A DNA stretch of 63,979 nucleotides, the filler included, from Licmophora abbreviata (Eukaryota), in assembly GCA_900291995.1 (NCBI GenBank). It is 20 parts of 20 records of this genome, joined end to end, with 100 filler letters (N's around TTAATTAATTAA, not from the genome) between each part and the next. Parts side by side here need not be neighbours in the genome. Positions count along the whole stretch, not along the records: positions 32,698 to 34,557 come from OLMU01000685.1; positions 34,658 to 37,289 come from OLMU01000686.1; positions 37,390 to 40,300 come from OLMU01000687.1; positions 40,401 to 43,364 come from OLMU01000688.1; positions 43,465 to 49,548 come from OLMU01000689.1; 15 more parts are not named here. The stretch is one strand, 5' to 3'. Every line of letters begins with the position of its first letter. Positions within the stretch are counted from its first letter, which is position 1. The notes below the pieces were generated by a model, which was not told where the DNA came from, did no database searches, and saw only the letters and a list, made by a program, of their open reading frames with translations. Shown one piece after another: positions 33,882-46,009 of the stretch. A program made the position numbers and the translations under genes.

Positions 33882-35766
33882 TTATGGGGACATATCTCTC
33901 ACTCTCGCTGTGTGCTTATCCAACTCCTTTCTGAAAGGAAACCATGGGAGGATGCCTCCTCCTGAGTTCTTTTTATCCTCATTCTTGTTCTTCCCTTTGC
34001 CCGACGAGCCTTTGCCTTTCTTTCCCGACGAGCCTTTGCCGCCCTTCTTGCCACTGCTTGTGTCTCCCTTCTTGCCCGACAAGCCTTTGCCTCCCTTCTT
34101 TCCGTTGCTGCTCTGCCCCTTGCTCGAGGAGCCTTTGCTGCCGGCTGAAGGATGCGGAACTGGCTTTGCGGCTGAGCTGTCGCCCTTCTTTCCCGACGAC
34201 CCTTTGCCGCCCTTCTTGCCACTGCTGTTGCTGCTGTTTCCTTTGCCGCCGCCGCTGCTGCTGCCCCCCTTCTTACCACCTTTTTTGCCCTTACCGGTGG
34301 GATGATCGGTGGGGTGATCGGTTGGAGGATCGGTTGGAGGATCAGTCGGAGGATCGGTCGGAGGATCCGTTGGAGGATCAGTCGGAGGATCCGTTGGAGG
34401 TTTCGTAGGAAGTTCAACAGGCGTTTCGATCGGTGCAAAAGGGGTGGCCGGCGCGGATGGGAAGGTCGGAGCTGATGGGGCACTGGGAGTCGATGGAGAA
34501 CTTGGTGTTGACGGTGCACTAGGTGACGACGGAGCGCTGGGTGTCACCGGAGCCGTANNNNNNNNNNNNNNNNNNNNNNNNNNNNNNNNNNNNNNNNNNN
34601 NTTAATTAATTAANNNNNNNNNNNNNNNNNNNNNNNNNNNNNNNNNNNNNNNNNNNNTGGAGGTGGCGTAGGTTCCACTGGGGGCTTCGTGGGAAGATCA
34701 GTCGGAGGCTTGGATGGAGGCGGTGTAGGGTTCACTGGGGGCTTAGTGGGTGGATCTGTCGGCGGCTTAGACGGAGGTGGCGTAGGTTCCACTGGGGGCT
34801 TCGTGGGAAGATCAGTCGGCGGCTTAAAAGGAGGCGAGGTAGGTGTCTCTGGAGCTCGTGTGGGCGGAGCGGGGGGACCCGTAGGAGTTGCGCCGTCATG
34901 GCAGAAACAGATGTAACGAATACCGCAGGAGGTGGGAGTGAAAACGTCTACAGTCTTGATGGGCTTGCTTGAGAAGATTTCTTGGTCTTGGATGGCGTTC
35001 CCTCCTAAGCCGTCAAAGGGGACGTTCAATGGCTCGCTGTCTCCATCGAAGGAGAGAGACAATGTTCCACTGAAGTAAGTCTCGACATCAATCAACCCAA
35101 TGCTGATTCCCCCCGTCATAGGCTTTTCAAAGGCAAACGTAAAGGTTCCGCCGTAGGCAGCATCATCAGGCTCCTCGTACTGCTCCTGTTGGATGATGAG
35201 CACGTTCCCTTGGGGCTCGCAGTTGGCCCCGGGTTTGCCAATCATTCCACCCTCGCCTTCTCCCGAGCCTCCACAGCTCTCGTTCGGACTCTCGAGGTCA
35301 GGATCCAAAGTGTGACGCTTCGATGTATCAAAGATACGGAGCTTGCCATCTGGAGTGTATCCCTCTTCCTTTGGTTCACCAGAAACGGTCAAGCCATAAA
35401 GGTCGAACCAGTCATACTTCACATAATCTCCGTGGACGAGTTTCTGTCCGCTGCCGGCAACGGAGAAGTCAATGCAGACCTTGCTACACCCTTCTAGCTC
35501 ACGAACTCTACCACTCCCATCAAGAGAGATATGTTGAAGACTTGTTCCATCGTTCTGTATTTGCAACGGATTGAAGAAATATTAGACATTTCGCGTGCTC
35601 CTGCCGACAAGCAAATTCGAGCGACGCTCACCTTTTGCTGGACAAGGTTTCCTTCCGTTTCGTCTGTGAAAGAAGTCCATAGCTTTCGAAGAAGTTTTCC
35701 GGGATCAGCAGCATTTGCCTTTGTCGCCAGGGCAGTCAGAGCCGAGAAGAGTACAACCAACCTCAT
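33882..35766 (-). CDS. Secreted modular protein, family member E (DPDL domain, PT stalk, Lys/Gly/Ser block); exon 1 35766-35632, intron 35631-35555, spans gap 34558-34657
   Basis: Signal peptide MRLVVLFSALTALATKANA, RKL and 'RELEGCSKVCIDF'. Ends ILPWFPFRKELDKHTARVRDMSP*. Confidence 0.82.
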
Positions 35767-36571
35767 CGTCGCGATTGTCAGGAAGCTTGGAACGCGAAAT
35801 GAGACGCCATCTGGTCAAAGGTGAACCACCATCTATAAATTCTGTATCGTATCAAACACGGTCAGCCTGTTGATGTGCTCGTGACTCTTGTGATACTTCT
35901 TTTGATATGAAATTAATTAATGTTTAGTACTCACTCTACAGTATTAAAAACATCTAAATGACTCCTATATTCATTCAAAAAAGAAAAAAGTCAGATGCCT
36001 TCTTTCAAACAATATGTACGAAACTACGGCTGCGCAATAATGAATACCAGGATGGAGGGTCGTTCGGGAATCGATTGACACTCTCTTTCCTTGAAATAGT
36101 CCAGTGCTATCACTCACATCTCCAATTCTATACAGATCTCGCGGAATAGGCACTCGCTTGGAGTTGGCAACGCAGTCTTCAAGTATTGTGCTAGTGCGGA
36201 ATCACAATTAAGGTGTGGGTGGCTCTGATGACTGGGGTGAGAGGTGCTGACTCCGGATTCCGGAGTAAGCGGTGGGGTCGAAATTATGAAGTCTGGTGAG
36301 GGGAGTCTCGCTCCTTGCACGCCCCTAGATAGAAGCAGATGAATGATACGGCGTCTGGTTTTCACACTACAGTATGGCAATGCCTGATCTTGTCACGTTT
36401 GTGGCGTCATTTCTCCTAGGTGAGGTTGCGTTGTTGCGTTCAACCGTTGAGCAGTATCAAGCACCAACCCGATATAGAAAGTAAGTAGCTAGTTTAGGTC
36501 GTGTTTGTATCGTGATTATGGCGTTGTTATTTTCACCATAAAGACAGTTTAAAAGAATTGGTGTACGTCCT

Positions 36572-39287
36572 CTACTTTCGAGACAGGGTTCGCTTCCATG
36601 TGGTCTTGTCAAGTTTCCAGCAACAAGTGGTTTGGAGTGCAACTACGGTAGCACGATACTGGCGCGATTCATCCAAGACTTCATCTCCAAAGTAGTCCCC
36701 AGTTTTCATCATAGTCTGGACTTTTTCGTCTCCAAGCCGTTCGACATATTCTATGTTTGAAAGATAGAATTCAACAGCAAAAACAGACAAGCCGATCAGA
36801 ACCATCTTCGCACAATAGGTACAACAAGGACTGCAAGGACGACGCTTTTACTCTTCCATTCACTACTCACCACATGATCCACTCAGAATGACATATAAAG
36901 TATTTCCTGCCTGGCCCTGTGTCGTTATGCTTTCACCTCGACCAAATGTTACTTCTTCCATTATGGAAGCTAGGCTCTGAATCTCGTCGGGGGACTGCTT
37001 GCGCATTATATCAATCTGTCGTAGTGTATTGATAAGTTCCTTGCGTCCGCTCTGCTGAACCAGAACCTGTCGAAAGGCATAGCGATGAAGTGCCCAGAGA
37101 TGCCCGTCCGTCTGAGCAATAATGGAGGCAGCTCGAGGCGCAGAGTACATGAGCGCAAGTTCTCCAAAGCTCGGATGCGCTCGTTTCTCGTGCGAGCCTT
37201 CATACACATGCACGACGTTTCCTCCCGTCCCATTGTCTTCTTCCCCGTCCGGGACAATACGAACTTCGAAACGGCCGGAGTCGACAATGNNNNNNNNNNN
37301 NNNNNNNNNNNNNNNNNNNNNNNNNNNNNNNNNTTAATTAATTAANNNNNNNNNNNNNNNNNNNNNNNNNNNNNNNNNNNNNNNNNNNNAAGCGGTCTCC
37401 TACCGTCCCCTGTTTAATAACCCAAGTTCCACTTTTGACGGAGATGGGCTCCATGACACCAAAGATCATTTCGCGCTGCTCGTCGGTGATGTTCTGAAAC
37501 ATGACAGACGTATGAATGGCTTCCGCTATTCGCGACTTTTCGTCCTCGGTCTTCTCCGTGTACAAGCTCGACAAGTCAATGTCGTGGTGGACGGAATCTT
37601 CGGGTTTGGAAGTCATTTTGATTTTCATCTGCTGAATCGCTTTGGATGCGTTCTTCGAAATATGCTTTCGCACCGGACGACTCGCTTCGGTCGTGACCAG
37701 TTCGTCCAACACGTCATCGTTGTCCTCCATTGCCTCAGGTTCCGATTCCAAGCTTCGAATCGAAGTCGACGCCTTGAATGAATCCAACAACGCTGAGCGG
37801 TTAACCTCATCCAAAAAGATACAAATCATGGTGATATCGTCCGTTCGTAGCTCGTACTGGACCCACAGTTCGTAACTCTCTGCCACGACTGCGCGACATG
37901 CCTCCAGCGGATCCGTAAACTTGGCGCACATGTCAATCACACTCTGGTTGGTCAAGAATTCGAAGACCCCGTCGCTGGCCAAGACGATAATCTTGTCGTC
38001 CTCCGTCAGCTCCCTCGTGAGCATTTCTGGTTCCGCAAAAACTCCTAGCTCTTCGGCAATCCCGTCTCCGAGAGAGCGAGTAAAGGCCGTTCCTGGGTAC
38101 TCTCCATGCGGACTCCACACGCGCGGTGGATCTCCACCTTCGTCCAACTCTTCTCCTAGTTCCAAGTCACCCTCCTCATCATCATCTTCCTTGACAGGTT
38201 CCAATCCTTCAATCTGATCCAGTGACATGATCCTCCCTCCAGCCTTTCTAATACGCGCTCGTTCATCACGTCGATAGGGCGTTTGGTCTCTCGACAAGGG
38301 CAGTGCACGTAGATTGCTATTGCTATCGAGTGCAGTGTTACCAGCAGCTTCGGTTGATGTCGTCACCCGCTGTCCCAATATGGCACGACTGTCTCCAACG
38401 TTGCATACCGTCATGCGATTCCGTCGACCATGCAAATAGAGCGAAATGGCAGTCGTCCCGCTCAAGGAGTCATCCATCTGAGACGACTTGTGCATGTCCT
38501 CATTGGTGTCCACGTGCGCCTTGGAGCATGCCGCCTGCAGCTGCTCTTTGGTAAGTTCAAACTTGGCAGACGTCTTGGAGGACGATACTGCGGTCGGATC
38601 TCGCACTTGCAGGAGTTTGCTTTCTCTCGACTTGGCGCGTGAGACATGTCTTTCGACTGTGGGAGGCAAGTGGGTTTTCGCGAATTGAGCGCACGAGTCT
38701 CCATCGCGGCCGTGTCCGTCGTAGACGGCAAAGAATGCGTCAGTGGACTCGCCGGCGAACTCGTGATTGACGGAGAAGGCATCCTGATTGGCCTTGTGTG
38801 GGTCTGTTTGTGAGTCGTTTTGTTTTGTTTTGTTATATTATGATGGAGTGAACAAGAAGGAGCAGTACGGAAGCGGGGAGGATGAATGAAAAAAAAGGTG
38901 AGAGTCGGATGATGCTAGTCTAGCATTGAAAAGCTGCGTGTGGAAAACGACGAGTGACTCTTTGCTTACCGTCTGGATACCATCCTCTCTGGCTCACGTA
39001 CGCGTCTGTGCAGGGAGTATAGGGAGACAGCAGAGAAAAACAGACAAGCTGTGAGTCTTTTTTTAATGTTCCTACAGTTTCGTCCACTACAAATTCACTC
39101 TTGACTCACATCGCAGTTTGATTCCTCCAAATTGCGCTACTCGCGTCTCCTCAATGCTCTGAATCCGTTTTCGGATCTCCTTCTTGTTGAGCGCATCGGA
39201 GTCGCGTCTCTTTTTCTTGCTGGCAGTCGAGTGGATGTTATTGTTGTTCGCCTGCACGACGTCGTCCTTGGAGTTCGAGCAGCCCAT
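36572..39287 (-). CDS. PP2C-family phosphatase fused to two cyclic-nucleotide-binding domains; exons 39287-39110, 39005-38970, 38803-(gap)-36871, 36750-36572
   Basis: N-terminus MGCSNSK. PP2C motifs KANQD, VYDGHG, NVGDSRA, AFTRSLGD, LASDGVFE and TDDIT. cNMP motifs VIKQG..GDR, FGELALMYSAPRAASI, QGQAG..LYVI and GDYFGD...YRATV. All introns are GT-AG and in frame. Confidence 0.9.
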
Positions 39288-40099
39288 GAGATGGTAGTGG
39301 ACTCGACTCTTGCTTGATGCAGCAGCCTGTGGTCAGCTAGAATGGGGTACCAATATAGCGGTATGAACAACAAGTCGAAGGAAAAGAGTGAGAGCGCTGT
39401 CTACTACGATGCCAAGGAGTGAGTGTGACAGTATTTTTGTGTGCAACACACTCGAGCCGCGGTGCGGTCATGGTGTTGCAGACTGTCCGACAGCCGGCGG
39501 AATGTCCTCCTTCCGTGGCCCGGCTAGCGCTTTGTTCCGGGTGACTGCCAGACAACGAAGCGGAGTTCGAAAGAAGACCCGGCAGTAGGGTCTGGCGTGT
39601 ACGAAAGCTACGACGTTTCTACGGATTGCACGACTGACCGCAGACCGTGCGAATGTGTGGTGGCCGTGGTTTCCTCTCGTCCCCATTCCTTGCGTTGCTG
39701 GTGTTGAAGGAGGGGGTGAATCGATCTCCATTCATCTCGCACTGACCGACCTCATACAGCATACATAGAGTAGTAGCAAGCTACTCGTTGGTGCTCTGAC
39801 TGCAGTTTTCTTTTAAAGAAGAAGGCTGAGAGGAGCTCCTGTGCCGACGGACTGAAGTCTTGTGGGGAAAAAGGCTCCTGCCAGAGACTGACACGACTTC
39901 TTTTTGCGCCTTGACTGACTTTCAGCAAGCCTTCTTCTTCACTGCACTTCTCCTTGTTTCCATTTTTGGTGTGGGGTGTTTGAGAAGAAGCTGACGGTAA
40001 ATCTTTTAAGAGAAGCACAAAAGGGACGAAATCATCACGCGCACGATCAGTTTCATTCATACATTCCGTATTCCAGTGTATAGAATTTGCTAGTATATC

Positions 40100-42378
40100 A
40101 TGTCCTCTTCCACCATTCTGTACAAGTTCCGTTCTGGAACCACCTTTGAAGCCCTCGCTCTTCCTGGAACTGCCGCTCGCTTGCTCGACGTCAAAAAGGC
40201 CATTGTTTTGCAAAAGAAACTGGATGCAACCTCGCAAGCCTTGGAATTCGATTTGAGCGTGCGGGATGCCACGACCAATCAAGAGTACGTCGATGAAAGC
40301 NNNNNNNNNNNNNNNNNNNNNNNNNNNNNNNNNNNNNNNNNNNNTTAATTAATTAANNNNNNNNNNNNNNNNNNNNNNNNNNNNNNNNNNNNNNNNNNNN
40401 GGCATGGATTCCTGTCGCGTATGGCAAGGGCAGACGGAGGAGGGCGTGCTGCTGTCGTTCCCAATGCGGTTCCTTCTAACTTTTACACCATTCACAGTCG
40501 AGAAGAAGACGATGAGTTGGTTCCTACTACAACTGGACAACAACAACAAGACGAGAAAGAATTGGCCGCGCTCATGGCCGTGACGGATCCTGGCACTTCC
40601 TCCGTCACATCCGGTGGTTTGCGCCCCTCCGTCGGATACAATCGGCCCGCCGGAAGCGGTCCACCTCCACCACGCACGGGAGGACACTACGGGCCAGCCA
40701 AGGGACATCACCAACGTCCCAATGCCGATCCGGAACTTCGCGACCAGCAGCCCATGCCCAAGAAACGTGCCACAGGTATTCCGCGTACCTTTCTCAATCT
40801 GTCCGCGCCTCCGTCTACTTCGGGGGACGCGACAGGCGTCGAAGGGAGCAATGAACCTGTCGCACGAATACATCCGAACGTGATTGGATTCGAAGAATTG
40901 AAGACGCGTCATGGTGGCCTGTCGGAGCACCTGGCAGGTACCAAGCGTGATTTGGACTATGCGCCCAAGGTGACAGCCACGATGATTCCCGAGCATTTGC
41001 AGTGTGCTATTTGTCATAATGTTGTCAAGAGTGCCATGTTGTTGCCGTGGGACGTGGAAGGCCGGACCACTTGTGAAACGTGTATTCGCGATGCGCTGAC
41101 GCAGAATGGCTTTCGTTGTCCCTTGACGGGCATAGAGGGAGTCAGTCCGGATGATTTACTTCCGAATGTTGGTCTCAGGAAGGCGGCAGACGCCTTTGTC
41201 AAGAGCGTCATGGAAAAAATGGATGAAATCGATCAGCAGCAAGACGATGAGGAGGACGAAGGAGAGACAGCGGGTGCTGAGACTATCGAAGGGGATGCAG
41301 CCGACTCGGGCGTTCTTGTCTCGCGAAAGACCATTGGGCGATCCAAGAAGGACGACGATGATCCATTTGGAGGGGGCGACGCTGACTTTGGTGGTGACGT
41401 GTTTGACGTTCAAGCCGAAACTGAAGAAACGATAGAAGAACAGTCTGAAGTAGATGATGTGAAACTGACGGAGCCAGCCCCAGAGAGTGTCGCTGAGAGC
41501 CCCGAAAAGTCGACAGTTGGCGATGCCAAGAAAGGAAACGATGCCGAATCCATGAAGGAGTCGCAAGATGCAGTCGAACAGAGCAATAATGCCAATAAAG
41601 CGAGTCTTTCTGAAACTCATGGTCCCGAGGGCAAACCGCCTGTCCAGAAGGAGCCGAAACCGGAGCGCGACAATGCACCGCCGCAGAATGCACTCCCCAA
41701 CAGGCGGGACGCTCGCCGACGGGGTCCTCCGGCCGGCTATGCCGCTGGACCTGCCGGAGGTGCTGCAGTTCGTGCACAGGCATCGCCGTACCCAGGGCAG
41801 GGTCGCGGTGCAGGGCCCTCTCAATCTGGTCGTCGCTACGATCGTGCACCGTACCATGGCGGCCGAGGTCCACCGCCAGGTGGTCGATTCTTCAACGGGG
41901 GAGGTCGTCCTGATCCGGAATTCGGGGGACGCGGTCGAGGACATCACCACCACGGACAGTACGATGACCGCGGTCCACGCCATGGAGAGGTACGTTCTCG
42001 TGCATGATGTGTCTTGTTATACTGCGATCCTCGAATGTGCTGTGTAAACCTTGCACGACATGGAATCTGTAACTTGTTTACTATTAGAATTTGCTAGCTA
42101 GACATACTTCGCACGCAGTAGATTTGTGCTGCACCTTTTTTCTTACACACTTGTTGCTACTTGATTCCTTCGGCGCTCAGACCATGGGAGAAGAAGGCCG
42201 AGGGACCAAACGTCCCCACAGTGACACTTTTGAGGATCCAAGAGGAGGTCGCTTCGACCCTCGCGCCCGGGGCGGCTTTCGGGGTGGTAGAGGGGGCGAT
42301 TTCAACCGTGGTGGCCGAGGCGGAAGGGGTCCTTACCGTGGTGGCGGACGTTTCGGTGGTAGAGGAGGGCGCTATTGA
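40100..42378 (+). CDS. RBBP6/Mpe1-like protein (DWNN ubiquitin-like domain, RING-like domain, RGG tail); spans gap 40301-40400, intron 41990-42180
   Basis: DWNN pattern ILYKFRS...DVKKAIV.QKKL...FDLSV.DA.TNQEY.D, KKRATGIPRTFL, LQCAIC...CETCIRDAL....CP and C-terminal RGG repeats. Confidence 0.85.
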
Positions 42379-43118
42379 ACCGGGCTTGCTGTTTTACGCA
42401 CAGCAACAGTGACTGGGTAGAAACGCGCTTGCACAAGAATTTAGCTAGAGCTATGTAGACTCGATCTTCTCTACGCCGAGGAACACTTCGTGAATCGCAT
42501 CATCCTATTAACGTAGAAAGAACCTTATCTAACTTTGAAAAGTCTATAGTCACCATCCTTGAGTTATTAGCGACGACTCATTTTTGACAACGCCTATTGT
42601 TATGCTAACGCGATTGCCTGACCCTGACGGCGACTGCGGTTTGAGGAGAGAAGGGTGTACTCGTCGCTACTGGGGTAGAAAACGTTGTTACCGTCACTAC
42701 CGGGTACTCCTGTTTGTCTTAACAGCCAGACGGACGACTTTCGATTTTTGCATTTTTGATTTTTGTGAGATTGACACTTCCGACCCGGAAGTACAGGTAC
42801 ACGTGGTTGACACGGATGAGTGAGTCGATAGACTCAGCATGTAGACCCTAGTACGCTTTCTACGTAGATTCGCGGTTGATGTCTTGCATTCACATTCCAA
42901 GTTTCGTCTGCAGCCACCCACCGGCTCTGTGCTGTCTCGTTGGTCATCGACGACGCTGTTTCAAGCGACCGACGCAGCCGTCAGTGCAAATCATCTCACC
43001 GCCCCGATTCCAAGTTTTCCAAGTAGCTTATTGTTGGTTGCTAGCTTTCGTTGATCGCTTCAGAAAGCTTTTAGTCGCTTGTACCACTCTTTAACCCTAG
43101 ACTCTTCAGTTTTCCAAA

Positions 43119-44534
43119 ATGCCACGACGAACCTTGTCGTCGACAGCTCTGTTGCTGGCCTCTACCGTCAGCGCCGGTGCGCTACTTCATGTCACAGGTT
43201 TCTCCTCATTACCAAGGGCTTCCTTCACCTTGGGACGACGAGCAGCCCTCGAGTCTCCTCCGTCGTTGTTTCGAACGACCCCTCACACTGCTGCCAATTG
43301 TGGTCGGTCATCCTCTTCCTTCCTATGGATGAGCGGCTCCAACGCGGAATCGCCCGACACTACCNNNNNNNNNNNNNNNNNNNNNNNNNNNNNNNNNNNN
43401 NNNNNNNNTTAATTAATTAANNNNNNNNNNNNNNNNNNNNNNNNNNNNNNNNNNNNNNNNNNNNACCACAAGTAGCACCAGCACTCCTCTGCAGAACAGC
43501 ACGGCGGCATTGGGCACGGGCCGTGGTATTCAGACTCCTCCCGGCCCGACGGTCGTACTGGACGACACCGCGCTTCACCCCGACGTGTACCGCGAAGCTA
43601 TCGTACGTACTCTGTGCTGGGTTGTCGCCGCAGGGGTCTTTGGCGGGGGGCTCTGGAACTACTTTGGTCCTCAGACGGGGGAAGAGTTCTTCGCGGGCTA
43701 TCTTGTGGAGCAATCTCTCAGTGTTGATAACTTGTTTGTATTCTTGCTGTTGTTTGAGTTCTTTGGAGTACCTCTGGCCTATCAGGATCGAGTCTTGAAC
43801 TGGGGTATCTACGGCGCAATAGTCATGCGTGCAGTCATGATTGGATTGGGGGCAGCCGCACTGGAGCGCTTTCGAGCCATACTGCTGGTTTTTGCTGGGA
43901 TTCTTGTTTACAGTAGTGGCAAGGTGTTGATCCCTGGAAACGAAGACGAGGAGGAAGAAGATGTGAGCAACAATGCCATTATTCGATTCGTGGAAAAGCT
44001 GGTGGACGCCAGTGACCAGTACGACGGAAACAAGTTTTTTACCCTGGTGGATGGTGTACGGAAAGCGACGCCCTTGTTTATTTGTATGGTGGCGGTGGAA
44101 ATAAGCGACGTCGTTTTTGCGGTGGACAGCATCCCTGCCGTATTTGGAGTCACAGAGGTGAGAGGAGGACGACTGGCCATTCATGTGGCTGCTGAATACA
44201 CTTGTCACTGGGCCCGGAGTATATCTCACGCTTATTTGTTTTCTTTTCTCAGAATCCCCTCGTCGTCTTTTCGTCCAACATGTTTGCCATTATGGGTCTA
44301 CGGAGTTTATACACAATACTAAGCAAGGCGGCGACCGACCTGAAGTATTTGGAACCTGCCGTGGCTGTAGTTTTGGGCTTCATTGGGAGCAAAATGATTG
44401 CAGAGTACTTTGGAGTGCGCATTGCCACAGAGGAATCTCTTGCAGTGGTCATTGCGTGCCTCGGAGCCGGAATAGGATTGTCGGTACGAGACAAGCAAAA
44501 ACACCTGGAAGGCGAAGAGGAAACGTCTTCATGA
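43119..44534 (+). CDS. terC: TerC-family integral membrane protein, plastid-targeted; spans gap 43365-43464, intron 44158-44252
   Basis: Motifs EEFFAGYLVEQSLSVDNLFVF, WGIYGAIVMR, EISDVVFAVDSIPAVFGVT and SNMFAIMGLRSLY. Signal peptide ending 'VTGF'. Confidence 0.92.
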
Positions 44535-44687
44535 TAGTAACTACAAGCAGCACTTGTAAATAGATTCCATCTGAATTGCTAGACTATTTTTTGTCAAAAG
44601 GTTGATTTAGTATCGTAGACCAGGCGGATGGTCTAGCTAGGTTCACTTAGACTCTTCCCGGGTTAAGTCACAGCAGCCAGCAAGAGA

Positions 44688-45528
44688 TCAAAGAATCACA
44701 CACGCACATCCCTGCTCGACCGTGTTTGCAGTCGAGCCATGGGACCGTCTTCCGCTCTGTCCGACGCCATGTTTTTCACTGTCGACTGTCTTTATGTCGG
44801 GACGTACACTAACATTGACGGGGGTTGCATGAGTTCTAAAGACTGGCACTTGACAGTCCTCTAGGGTCCGCGTATCGGGCATAAGCACGCCTTTGCCCAT
44901 GCAAATCAAGCGCAGCCGGTCTCCACCTTTGCAGGCGGGTAGTGCTGTAAGAAGAAAAAGCATGGGTTATAAGTTTGAGCACAGACGAGGCACCTCTAGC
45001 GTAATGAGCGCCGTCAATCTTGCACCAGGACGCACCTTCAGGCCACACGGACAGGAGCGATCCCTTGACTTCTCCGACAGTATCTGAAGGTTTGCATTCA
45101 ATCGTGACAGTAAGACCATCCTTATTCGCGAACAAGAATCGTAGTGTGATCTTGTTGGGGTCGTATGTGAAAGGAGGCCGTTTGCGGTTCGATAAGGTGA
45201 CAATGGCGCCCGGATTGCTATCGCCGTCCGCCAGGGATGCCGACGGAGCAGTCGTCAACTTCTCGTCCTTGGCTGGGGGGTCATTTTTCTCTATATTGGA
45301 GCTCTCTGGGGCGGACGGTTGTTCTTTCGGTCCCGCATCTGCTTGTTTACTGTCGGCCAAAGGCGTGGGTTCCGCGGCGGTGGTGAGGTGAGCAGGGTCG
45401 ACCGCCGCTCCTGGTTCTAAGTTCGTTCCTGACTCGGTTTCTTCTAAAGCAGTCTCTTCCTTGTTTTCCGTCTCCTGCTTTGTTTCCTCTTCGCGAGGCT
45501 TGCCGGACACCACGTCGGTATTGCTCAT
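44688..45528 (-). CDS. Membrane-anchored ubiquitin-fold protein (MUB/UBL3-like) with C-terminal CaaX box; intron 45035-44945
   Basis: ITLRFLFA...DTVGEVK..LLSVWP | LRLICMGKG.L.PD..TLEDC, ending CACVIL*. Acidic disordered N-terminal extension. Confidence 0.88.
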
Positions 45529-46009
45529 CGTCGCAGTTCGCCGCTGTTCCGACCGGCTCTTTTTTCGTCGTGTGAGATGATCGTTGGTTTATCAAATCCA
45601 AGTCGTTGATGAGGAACTGTCTTTCTGTCCTTCCCAGGTCGCGCCGTTTCCTTGAGGCAATACAATGCTGGGCGTGATGAGAGAAAGGAAACCAGAGCCA
45701 AGGGCAGAGCTTCGTTCCGACGTTCGCCTGCTTGCTTGATGATCTGGTCGTGATCTTGGCGATGTTCGAGTTCCGCCATGCTCATCACGCACGCTTCCTA
45801 CCAGACCGATTCGAATGACTCGACTACTATCGACTCACTCGATTCAACCGATCCACCCTCATCAAGTCGAACTGCTCGACTCACTCGACGTATGTACTCG
45901 TAGACCATATTACAGTTTCACTCTGCATGCTTCAAAGTGTTTGATCTTCACACTGAGAGAGAATAAAATATGAATGATAATTGTATTATTTACATTGCAC
46001 AAGCGCACG

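Noticed and set aside
17858..35497. Many long antisense or alternative-frame ORFs (Gly/Val-rich, Leu/Pro/Phe-rich, His/Arg-rich) over the secreted-protein genes
   Set aside because: These are shadows of Pro/Thr and Lys/Gly/Ser codon repeats, which lack stops in other frames. The same applies at 59757-60693.
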